Both the position numbers and the translations under genes were made by a program. A DNA stretch of 64,000 nucleotides. Source: Chrysomallon squamiferum. Taxonomy: Eukaryota; Animalia; Mollusca. Positions 36,850 through 48,477 of this stretch are shown here, in pieces (position 1 is the first letter of the stretch; each line of letters starts with the position of its first letter). The stretch lies in NCBI GenBank assembly GCA_012295275.1, contig CM022676.1, positions 13,454,001 through 13,518,000 of the forward strand, in the 5' to 3' direction. The notes beneath the pieces were generated by a model. The model saw nothing but the letters and a program-made list of their open reading frames with translations, searched no databases and was not told the DNA's origin.

Positions 36850-39800
36850 ACATATACATATATATAGTTAAAGAGACAGAAAAAATATTAAAAATAAAAA
36901 GTAAGAAAGAAAGATAATTTTTAAATAAATAATTAAAAACTACAATAAAATAAATATGAAATATTCAAAGCACTAAAACAATAACTACTGAAAGAGTTTA
37001 AAATTTAACTGACTACGGATGGTGTAACCTCTTCTCCTCAGGATGAGTAGAACAATTATTGCAGGAAAGCAGAGCAGAAGTATTCCTACTGCCAGACCAA
37101 TTCCAATTCCAGTTCCAGTTCCAGTTCCAAGTGTTGCCTTGGACGAAGATTCTTCTACAGTAATTATAATAACAAGTCTAACTACATAAATCAATTATCC
37201 TCATTTACGTTTAATTTTGTTTCATTTTATTTTTTTTTTAAATTATAATTCTTTCTTCTAAAGATCTTTCATTAAATAATGTCAATAGTTTGGACAATGT
37301 CAGATTCAACAGAACCTGTATACATGTACCGTAAAAAACAAAACAAAAACACTCAGAGAAGAAGTAAATAAATAAATAAATAAGTATTTCGCTAAAATTG
37401 TAAATGAAGAATCGAAAACTATAAATATTATTTTACTTACTAAAAGTAGTACAAACAGTCAAACAGTAACGACTGTCAGTTTTATTTGCAGAAGAGTAAA
37501 TTTTAAAGTGGTAGGAAGAATTGGACTTGAGATGAGAAATGTGTAAAGAAAAAGTCTTGTCGTGTGTCTTATTGTCTGACACTTGCAGACTGATAGACTG
37601 GTCTTCAGTAGACAAGCGTTGTTCAACAGTGAATCTAGTGAACTTGTTTGTGTTGTACTTCCACTTGAGATCTACTGAAGTTTCTAACACATTTGTACAG
37701 TAACACCATTCAGGAGCTGATTCAAGAACTAAAACATGAAAAATGATTTATGCTGTTTTAATTTCATCCGCAATATATTTAAATAGTTTAACGTTGGGAA
37801 TAATATATATGTGTGTGTGTGTGTGTTATATATATATATATAGACACACCCACATTTTAATAAAGTCTGCATATACAAATTTACACTGGCTAATTCTGAC
37901 AGGTATGGAAACAATAACAAAATCAGTTGAACTTGCTAACAAAGGTGACATGAAAAAAGTGTAAATAAAGTTACCTGTAACAATGACACTGGCAGATCCT
38001 GACACTGAAGTGTTAAAAGAAGTTTTTGAAGTTGCTGAACACGTGTACTCTCCTTGGTCTGACTGTTGAAATGAGGAGATTTGAAACAGAGAACTGTCAG
38101 TGAGGTGTTTTGTACCAGTTCGCCATTCAAATACAACACTGTCTGGATTACTGTCAGCTGTACAGCGTAGTATCAAAAGTTTTCCCAGTTCAACTCTGAT
38201 GTGACTCTCTGATAAAATTCTGACTCTAGGTGCATCTACAGATATTGAAAAAAAAAGTGTGAACAAAAATTAGAATACGTGGAAACAGAAATTATAGATT
38301 GCAATGTAAATGTCGTGAATTATTCCACAGAAAACAATAAATGTGAAATTAATGTACAATTAATAAATATCGAGAAGATATGTACAGTTATGAAAAGCAA
38401 ATGAATTAATATCTGTGTATTGCTGTTTAGTATTTGTAGATATGAGATCAGCATACCAAAAGCAAATATCAGTTATTACTTGAGACATCTTTAAAAGTAA
38501 TTTCAATATTATTTATTTACTTACTTACTTACTTAGTTAACATAAAAGTCATAAAGAAAAAAAATAAACATACAATACACATTAATATGGAGAGAATTAG
38601 ATTCAGGTCTGTGTTGTCCATTTCTGTCTGTGAAGATATTTCCAGCTGAACATTTGTACCAGACTCCATTGTCTTCCTTTGTAGGTGTCAGTGACAAGTT
38701 AAATCCTGTGTGTTGTATGTTTGTTCCATTTCTAATCCAGTAAAACTGAGCTGCTGGATTTCCTTTACCACTGTCAGGTAAAGAACAAATCAAAGAGCCT
38801 CCTCTGTTTTCTAGCCATGGCTGTTTAGGATCTGATGAAAGTGTTGGTCTGTTTGGAGGATCTATATAAAATATTCTCATTTTAATTGACTAATTATTTT
38901 ATTTTTATTTTTACATTTGCCCCTTGGAAAAAAAAAACACAAAAAAAAAAACCAACAAAAAAAACCCAACAACAGTCTTATTATTTTTCTTGAAGACGTG
39001 TGTTCAATGATAAACACCAAAACTGAATATTAGAATAATTTAGTTTTTCTTTTTTTTCAAATATTCTTGTTTTAATTGTTGTAATTTAAATCAGCATCAT
39101 ATATTTATACACACGTACATAAATAAATAAATACGCACTTTCATTATTGGAGCTGTAATTTGTTTTTTAATTAATATTACTCTTTTCTTTATGGGGTTTG
39201 TGGAATGCCAAAATACAAGAATATGTGTCTTACTAATAAAATATATAACATCTTCTATTTTGAAAGATTTTATTCACTTATTTGATTTAGTGATTTTAAC
39301 CTGTCAGTATTTTAAAAGTTATGTTGAGGACGAAGTGGAAAGAGTAAGGCTTAAATGACTTGTAAATACAAAATAAATAAATAAATAAATAAATAAAAAT
39401 TACAAACTCTAATCATTTTGATAAAGAAATCCAAAATGTAACACCTGAGGAGGGACAATTAATATTTGGTTCGAAGTCAGAAAAAAGTGGGAATAGTTGG
39501 AATCAGTCATGTTTATCTAATCATCTTAAATTGTCTGATGTTAAAAGTCTTACACCACACATCAAGTATTCCAGTGTTGGATGTTACAAGAGTTTGTCCA
39601 GGAATCCCTGCTTTGCAGTAAACACTGTGTCCATCATCTGACTCAGTCAGTGTGAGTGACACAGAACTCTTTCTTACAGTCAGGTCACCTGATGTGATAT
39701 TTATGTTGCTGATTCCTGTGTTTATCTGTTGATTATTCTTGTACCAGTAAACAGACGAGACTGGGTTGCTAGGTGACGTGACACATGTCAGAGAGACAAA

Positions 39801-40573
39801 ACCTTCACTGACTTGTATTTTATCTTTCTGTGAACTGATGTTTAATAGTGTCACCTCTTTTACCTGTACTGTGATAAATATATAAATAATAAAATTACTG
39901 TATCAGACTTACAATCTGTTGAACTATTATGCATTCATTGATTTATCATAAGAAAATCTGAATTAATAATTTGAATATCAAATAACACATGGAAATACTT
40001 CATATTCGTACGCCAGCAATTCGTCTTGCTTTATTGCATATGTGTTTGAATGCATGCGTGCGTGCGTGCGTGCTTGTGTATGTGCATAATTAAAAAAAAG
40101 TAAATACATTTAGTTGAACTAGTAACAATGGAGCATAGTTTAGTCACCTGGAAAGTTAAAGGTACAAATAAACTTGTCATAGACGTCATTATTAAAAGAC
40201 GGATGAATCAAGTGTGTGGTGACATTAACTTTTCCTTGTACAGTTAAATAATTCATAGTCAGCCTGGCAACAGTTTTAACTTGTGGACTTGTACAACCAT
40301 CACTGACTGTTGTAGTAACTGGAGTCAAGTTCTTAAAAATAAATATGAAATATAAATATAATGACAGTTATTAATTTATTCCTTTACTAATAGAACATAA
40401 AAAGTACATAGGAAAAACAAATATTTTATTCTTATAAATGTTCCTTGGGTCTGTTCACGGTTATAAAATTTTGGAATTGTAATGAATCGACAGTGTTTTT
40501 TATTTTATTTTTTTTTTTTTTTGTATGGACAAAAATCATTTTTTGCCATGTAAAATAATCATTGTAATATTTG

Positions 40574-40613
<40 letters not shown>

Positions 40614-41007
40614 TATTTTCATTTTTGCTTCAGATATACATTTCAACTGTAAAAATATATTTTAAAAAATGTTTTTTTTTTTCAGTGGGGTTTAGTGGGG
40701 TGTTTGCTGTTGATTGATAAAATAAAAGCAAAATATTTATAATAATACATGATACATTTTCATTGTAATTTTTGTTTCATTTTTGAACAAAACTTACCAT
40801 AGAAGTTTCAGCAAAAAGATACCAGGAGATGTTCACAGCTGGATAAACACAGCCAGTCATTATGCTGACAGTAAAATCTGTCTGAGAATCAATGTCTCTC
40901 TGATTTGGACACGCATCAGTGAAATTTATCACTGATACCTCAACAACAGCTAAAATGTTATAATAAAATAATAATGAAATAAACCAAAAAATGAATGAAT
41001 GAATGAA

Positions 41008-41042
<35 letters not shown>

Positions 41043-42939
41043 ACATTTATTTTTAAAGCAATGGCCATTTTGAATGATAATATCTCTAGCATCTTCATTT
41101 ATTTTTATTGTTTTGCATTTCTTATTAAATTTAGGTCTAGAATCATCATCATCATCATCATTATCATCATTATTATCTTCATTTAATGATTTAAAAATAT
41201 AAAATATTTTCACCTTGTTTTTTTTTTTGTTTTTTTGTGTTTCTTTTCAAATAAAACTATTTTCATATCTGACTTTTAAACTAATAATTTTAAAAAAAAA
41301 ACCTTTTTTGTTGCTGTTCTGGTTTTCTGTTTTTGTGTTTATTTTGTGTCAACTTTTAAAAATAAAACAAAACAATACTTTTTTTTATTCTTTTTTTATT
41401 ATTATTATTTTTTTATTTTTTAATAAAATTATTTAACGAATGAAAAAGAAGGAGAAGTAAAATTAAAAAGAATAGAAACCACTGACTTGATTGAATACAA
41501 GTAATACTAATTGTTAAATTACAGGATTACTCTATAGATGGAAAACAGTAAATTTACTTCGGTTGTTTTGGCACATGGGATTGTGTGTCTGTGTGTATGT
41601 GTGTTCATCTAAAGTTAAACGGAAAACCGCCAAATAATAAATGACTACTTACGATGGATTTCCAACATTTTCAAAGAACTTACTTGCAAAAGGAGCTGTA
41701 AGTGTTAAACTCACAGAATGCACAATGTTTTGATAAGTTTCAGTAACTGTCCAGGTTCCTGCGTGTTTTGTTTCATTAAAAGATGAAATCTCAAGAGTTA
41801 TGACATGTGTAGACTGTCTTGTTACATTGTAATTAAATCCAGAACCACACGGTCCACCTGAATCAAAACATCCTCCTTGTGCTGATCCATTCAGTTTGAA
41901 AAAACACCTCCTGTTATGTCTTCTTCACTGTTTGTGTAGATGAAAACAAGAGACTGACCAAGCACTGGCATTTTCTTGTCTGTGGCAAGAATTCTATTTC
42001 CTGCAAAGATAATAAAAATAACGAAACAAACATAAATACAAAATAAATAACTAAAAAAATAAAATAAAACATAAGTAAGGAACTAAATGAGTGAATGAAT
42101 GAATGAATAAATAAATCAATAAATGAATAAATAAACAAATAAATAAACAAATAGTATGCCTTAGCTGCTACTCTCAAACAGGTTTATCAAAGACAATTGT
42201 GTCTGTTTTCCTGTATTTGAGAATCTGTTTGATGTCGTCTTTGCGTGGACTGCAACTGTGTAGTATGAATAATGAATCATCTTTACAAATAACAATATTA
42301 TTTCCATTTAATTTAAAAGAGTGCACTATGCTATATTGTATAATGTATTTACCCTGGTTTCGTACATGTTGTTGATCTATGCAAGTGAAGTTTTTAATGA
42401 AATCCTGGCTTTAGATTCTGTCAAAACGTTCTAATAATTAAAGTAAATAAATAAATAAAATAATCAGTAAATAATAGTAATAATAATAATAATAATAAGT
42501 TAAAAACAAACAATATATAAAAAAACGTATGCTGAACTGATTCATTAATAATTGACGCATTCTTAATTCGTTTAATTAGCCTTGTAATTGTAAAGTCGGT
42601 GTTTTCATTAAAAAGCAAAAGAATCGAAGAAATGTCAAACCGCTTTGTGAATTAGTCTAACAGCGTAATACAATTTGCTTACTTAAACACGTAATTTCAT
42701 AGCATTAGTGATAGATAACCCGTGCAGTTTAAATAAGATATGGTGATCAAGCTTTAAGTTTTAACACAACACAAGCCCTAACCAGAACAGAAACTTAATA
42801 AGTACATGGACCTTAGATATTGTCCGTAATATCCAGCATATTTGTTCTAATTTATCAGCTAAAAATAATAATAAAAGAGCTTACCTAGACAGTAAGTAAC
42901 AATCGTCAGAGAAATAAATAAATATCTCAACAGCGCCAT
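35249..42939 (-). CDS. Gene D: SP-V-like-C1-like-3xIg-FN3-TM receptor with one ITAM (frameshifted in exon 2: pseudogene or sequence error); exons 42939-42885, 42000-41684, 40949-40798, 40331-40148, 39868-39554, 38861-38574, 38235-37975, 37728-37441, 37154-37014, 36686-36653, 36322-36273, 35764-35666, 35274-35249
   Basis: Canonical splice sites with compatible phases. The only lesion seen is one missing base in the A6 run at 41899-41904. The 3' seven exons are near-identical to gene C. Confidence 0.8.
35666..35764 (-). CDS. Gene D ITAM exon
   Basis: ELSQIPTTQ-YECL-QSRDAPA-YEKL-KVSDNRPSS. Confidence 0.85.
37014..37154 (-). CDS. Gene D transmembrane exon (TM type 2)
   Basis: ESSSKATLGTGTGTGIGIGLAVGILLLCFPAIIVLLILRRRG; 12 nt longer than in C through GGAACT repeat expansion. 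Confidence 0.87.
38574..38861 (-). CDS. Gene D Ig exon
   Basis: SLICSLPDSGKGNPAAQFYWIRNG...EDNGVWYKCSAGN. Confidence 0.88.
39554..39868 (-). CDS. Gene D Ig (C2-set-like) exon
   Basis: VSLTCVTSPSNPVSSVYWYKN...DDGHSVYCKA. Confidence 0.88.
42885..42939 (-). CDS. Gene D signal-peptide exon
   Basis: MALLRYLFISLTIVTYCL-G, G|GTAAGC. Confidence 0.85.
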
Positions 42940-43891
42940 TGTGAATGTTGTGACTAAACTTGTTTCTTCCGGGTACACGAGTTTTACTTTATCTAGGTTA
43001 AGTTATTGTGTCACATTACTACAGCTTTGTCATTCTATTATATTTTTGATATATTTATTTCATTTTATTTGTCATTTTTCACCTGATTTTTTTTAAATTT
43101 GTTTGTAAATATAACTTGAAAATTTCGCTATTTATAAAACATTTATATTTATAAAATGAGAGGAAATTATTTATTGTGGGCTTACTCGAGTCCACTAACT
43201 CAGTAAAGTGTGTACGACACTTACTACATACTTGAACGTAACAAATACTCTGTAGCTGTTTACTTAGTGACGTGTTAATGTCATTCACTTGAGAATCGGT
43301 AAGTAATTGATTATTTTATATCTAATTCATGAACTTTTTTGAGATCAAAGTAAATAGAAATAGTTAATTAGTTGAATGAAATTAAAACCAGTCAGTTATC
43401 TTAAATGAAAATATTTTATTACAGTAAATGTGAAATTTAAATATTTCACTCTTACAGATTTTGTGTGAAAATATCGGTTCCGTTATTATTTTCAGAAAAT
43501 AAGTTAGAAATAGAAATTATTTAAGTTCATGAAACGAGGATGACATTAGATATTGTCTTATAATATACAATCTATTACCAAAGCGACAAATATTTCAGTA
43601 AACTGATGAACAATCACTCGTATAGTTGAAGCGAACCGAACTTCAGTACCAATTGAATACAGAGAAACACAACTAAATTGTATTTAATACTATTACACTG
43701 TCACATTACTTCCTCGTTTCAGTAAGTATTTTGTAAAGAAATAAAAGAACAAGGCTGAATGTGTGTGTTGTGAACAGGAGATAATTTTCTTTCATGTTGT
43801 TTTTGTTAATTTACAGAAACCGTAAAAACACTGATCTCCCGCTCTCTCTGTCAAATGGTTTGAGCTTTGTAATTTTTGGATGCAGAATCAT

Positions 43892-43917
43892 TTACACTGT
43901 ATTTTCATATACGTTCC
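43892..43917 (-). pseudogene. Orphan terminal exon GNVYENTV* of a lost ITAM-type paralogue
   Basis: ctag|GG AAC GTA TAT GAA AAT ACA GTG TAA with flanks homologous to the 3' ends of C and D; no matching upstream exons seen. Confidence 0.75.
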
Positions 43918-44283
43918 CTAGGTAAAAACAAATAATAATCATAATCATAATAAAACAAAAAATTTAAAAGAAATTGTGTAAAAGATACATTGAAAATAAC
44001 TAAAGAAACTCTGCAGCAATGACTGCTAACAACAGTTTTGAAAAACCTAACTGGAAGCGGTCTCTTACGATGTTTCGATTCGGCAAATTTAATCTTGGCA
44101 TCTTGTAACTCGACTGTAACATCAAAATGAAAATGAGGCATCAATGAGAACACTGAAGCTTTAAATATCCACCTACAGGCCTAAGCTTCATAATTATCTG
44201 GAGTATATTTCTAAATTAAATATAAGTTTTGATGGATGTTCTATCATATTTCTAATAATATCGATAATATTATATTTTTGTAA

Positions 44284-44314
<31 letters not shown>

Positions 44315-44624
44315 TGCATGCATGTATGTATGTGTGTATGTATGTATGTATGAATACATGTTCAGATGTGCTTGTGGTGATAGTAATACTTGAACTATTT
44401 TCGAACTGGCTGAAAATAATGTAGTTATGACACAATTTCCCAAATTCTGCCATGGCTCCAGTAATGTGATACATTTTTTTTCTGGTTGTACTTAATCGCA
44501 ATCAGCATTTGAGGATAAAAACACAAGTATGTCACATTCGCTGTGGGAGATAACTCTTGACTCTATATACTTGTAAAACATTAAACTTCGTAATACAACC
44601 TGACTCAGAACACTACTACTACTG

Positions 44625-44661
<37 letters not shown>

Positions 44662-44871
44662 TATTACTACTGCTCCTACTACTGCTATTATTATTATTAT
44701 TATTATTATTATTTGTATCTTTTTTTTTCTTTTTTTCTTTTTTTTTAACGGCACATGCCAGAATTATAGCTATTTTACTTCAAGTAAGAACATCTGTATT
44801 GTTATTTCAGAATGGTGTCGTAATAAATAAATAAATAAAATTCTACTGATCCGAAATAGCCAAATTTAATA

Positions 44872-45460
44872 CAGTGGTAGCTTGACTTACGAATTTAATT
44901 CGTTCCATAACTGAGCTCGTAACTCAATTTGCTCGTATATCAAATCTATTTTCCCATTGAAATTAATTGAAATAACGTTAATCCGTTCCAGCCCCCCACC
45001 CCAGTTTTTGTAACGTGTTTTTAAATAAGAAATATGTATTTATAAATGACCAATATTGTATAAAAGCAAAATAAAAGAGAATGTAACTAAATAAATTGGT
45101 TTTGTAAAGTGTACAGGGTTAAAGTTTTTCCATCTTTTCATGGACAGAGGTTAGAAAGTATTTTTCATGGACAGAGCTTAGAAATTATTTTAATGCTTTG
45201 GCTGGAGTTACAGCCTTTATCGACTCTTTCTGCTTCAATATGTATCCTATCATAAAAATGCTACGCTCGTACTGCCTAACCATGTTCACTACATGCATAC
45301 CTCGCTCATGTTTTTCTGTGATTTCATGCTTTAATTCAATGGACTTCATCCGCGTCTTCTTCTCAGCACTGTCCTGTGCACTCACTTTCGTAGGATCCAT
45401 GATCAAAATGCGAGCACAAGACAAAAGAGATGCTTCCACGGCGAAGTAACGACAAAAAAA
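44872..45460 (-). mobile_element. Second Tigger/pogo-family element, truncated at one end
   Basis: TA+CAGTGGTAGCTTGACTTACGAA TIR; ORF 45185-45520 (-) contains MKSIELKHEITEKHERG...VRQYERS, homologous to the 13916 copy. Confidence 0.85.
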
Positions 45461-45789
45461 AGTGGATATCAACATATAATGGTGAAAGAGTTTCACACAG
45501 TAAATGAATTCTTCGAGCAATAAACCCTTCCTAAATATTTTGTGAAACTCAAAATCTGAAATTAAATATTTTACCCATATTCCACTTCATCACCTGTTGT
45601 TTTGTTTTACAGCCCTATTACTAATATTAAGGTTAACAATGCTTTCCATATTACTAACAAATATAATAATTTTTTTTTTTAAAGTCCTGGTTTTCTTCCA
45701 TTTGGAAGTAAATGTTTTATAATGGTAAAAATTAGTACTTATTAATTTTCAAGATTTCGATCTTTATTGCTTTATTTTTCATTTTCAAG

Positions 45790-46089
45790 TTCCTTTGCAA
45801 AAAAGGTTTGAAGAACAACTGGATCAACTCCAGTAAAGCCAGCAATTCTTACACAACTGACCTGTTCAATCGACCCTTGCCATCCAGAAGCTGTAATCAC
45901 ATGGACTTTAAACGGTTCAAAGATAACAGACGGCATTATCAGCTCCACTGAGACAATTGTTGACTCTGGTATTGTACCGAGGAGCAGTTTAAATGAAAAC
46001 TTTAATACAGAAGATAATGGGAAAAGTTTGGTTTGTTCAGTTACTAATGGTCATTATCATGTGTCATCGAGCAACCCTTGATAATCAAG
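45790..46089 (+). pseudogene. Frameshifted C2-set-like Ig exon (gene F)
   Basis: QLTCSIDPCHPEAVITWTLNG...EDNGKSLVCSVTN in one frame; frameshifts and stops near both ends; AG/GT boundaries. Confidence 0.7.
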
Positions 46090-46256
46090 GTTGGTTTCAT
46101 TCATATTAATTCACAATGATCTACTACAAGTTGTTATTAATATCATTTTGTTTCCTGGTTCAAATAATGACACAAAAATTAGATGTTTCTTCAGACTACT
46201 TGTGTGTGTCTGCATGTGTATAATATAATTTTTATTTTTATTTTTAATATTATTAT

Positions 46257-46301
<45 letters not shown>

Positions 46302-47516
46302 ATCTATAGGCCTTCTTCGGGTTCATTATTTTTGTTTGATTTCCAAAGACTTATTAGTTAATGTCTTGTACTTCTTTAATTAGTAAAGAGACACATTGTT
46401 TTCTTATTTCAAAACGCAAATTACTGGCAAATAAGCTTTAGTTGTGGTGGATTATTAAACTAAGTAAGACACCTTGGTATCACGTTGGCATTTAGTGTGT
46501 GTTCAGAAAATGATTAGGTATAGTGAAATGAAAGATGTTGAATGATAAATAGCAAGATCAATCTCCTAAGATTTTAACTGAAACCAGAGCTTTATGATAA
46601 TTTTATGAAACGTGTTTTTTAAAATCTTTTTTCTCTGATAAGAATGAGTGACGGTTTAATAGTTACATTCTGTTTCTGTCTTATATCAACGTTATTACAG
46701 AACATTCAAGTCTAATAATTGTTAATAATATTAAACATTTCATGTACACTGTATATTGCAATCTTTCTTCTTTCTTCCCCTCTCTCTCTCTATCTCTCTC
46801 TCTCTTGGTCGATGGTCCATATAATCATTATATAACAATTAACCATGAAGAAATGTATGTTTTGTATCCCCTTATGAATTCAACATGAGTAATATACAAA
46901 TGAATAGGTCACCAATTTTGGATAAAGCTCAAATTTTGCAAATTTTAATTTAATTTTGTCATCTGGTAGGATATTTGCCAAAATCAGGTCTAGAAATGAC
47001 TGGAAATTGCATGAGAAGGAAGTTCAAACCACTTAAAGGCACAAATGTTCAGCCATCTAGAAAAATACTGAAACTGAAACAAAAGACATTTGCTATTTAC
47101 AAGAGTCATTTAATGAAGAATTGTTTTGATATGTGTGTGGGTGTATGTGTGTGTGTGTTAATTAAACATTAAATATAATTGTGTAATTTTTAAAGCTGTA
47201 TATTGCACTTTTAAAACAAAAAATTAATTATTACTGTCATGGGCATTCTGCTTATTATTCATTAACATGAATTTTTTTAAATAATTCATATGAGTGATTT
47301 TGTAGTGTTATATCAAATAACCTACAGATTGTTTAATATGACAATAATCCAGATTCCTACGTATTAATTATTTTTAATGTTATCATGTTCCTATTTTACA
47401 ACTTTCTGTTAATACTTTAAAACATATATGATCCTGAAAAACACAAATAAACAAATTAAAATTTCAGATACTATAAGTTATGGATGAATCAATGAATGGT
47501 ATAATTTCCTTTTCAG

Positions 47517-48163
47517 CAGAAGAAAGAAGTTCAACAGATGTTCCTACAACAACTCCAAGCTTGGGATCAGGTTCTTCCTGTAATTTAGTTTGTACTATCC
47601 TCATTATTATCAGTGTCACAGGTCTTTGTATAATTGTAACATATTGTTTGATATCACTAAGAAACCAAAGCACAAAGAAAACAAATACAACTGAAAATGT
47701 TGATCTGGGCAGTGAAAGCAACATTGAAAAGATTCAAACTGAGACAACAGCTTTTACTGTTAGCAAAGCAGAAGAAAATTCTAACATCCAAGAGAACATT
47801 TTCAAAAAACGTCACAATGAAGATGTAGAAAGTTCACAGTCTGTCAAAGTTAGGATTGCTAATGAATCTTCACCCAGTTATCAAGGTAATGATGAAGAGG
47901 ATGAAAGGTCTGAAGATTACTCACGTAATGAAATCACTATACAACCTAGAAGTCAACCTGTTAGTAAAGATGTCTGTAAAGAACACACAAGATCTGAAGA
48001 TTGTCAACAGTCAGTCACTGATTCACTGAATGGAGTTGATGATAAAAGTGGCAGTACAACAGTCACCCAACATCCTGCCAGACAGAATCACACTGATGTT
48101 GATTATCACACTGAACAGCATTCACAGATACATGTTACCATCATTAATGTGAAAAATAAATAA
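47517..48163 (+). CDS. Gene F terminal exon: stalk + Cys-rich TM + long acidic Ser/Thr-rich cytoplasmic tail
   Basis: Open 227-aa ORF in AT-rich DNA; tttcag| phase-1 acceptor; TM LVCTILIIISVTGLCIIVTYCLISL followed by RNQSTKK. Confidence 0.7.
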
Positions 48164-48430
48164 CAAATTCAGGAATTTCAAATTTAATTGATTTTAATTC
48201 CAAACTTTTTATATGATTCAGATCAATACACTTAGCTACTACACAACATGATAGGTTATTTTAATTAAATTCTAGATGCATTGATTGTTTCTGGATTCTG
48301 CTTAACTAAGCAAGGAACACTTCATTTCTGTCTTTTATCTCTGATATAACAAAACAGTAGTTTAAAAACAAATATCTGTATTATATTGATAGTTTTCCTT
48401 ACAGACTGAGATAAATGTATAGCTTAATGC

Positions 48431-48477
<47 letters not shown>

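Noticed and set aside
41653-41684. Second GTAAGT donor that might rescue the gene D frameshift
   Set aside because: The TGA created by the frameshift lies well upstream (~41891), so the alternative donor cannot restore the protein.
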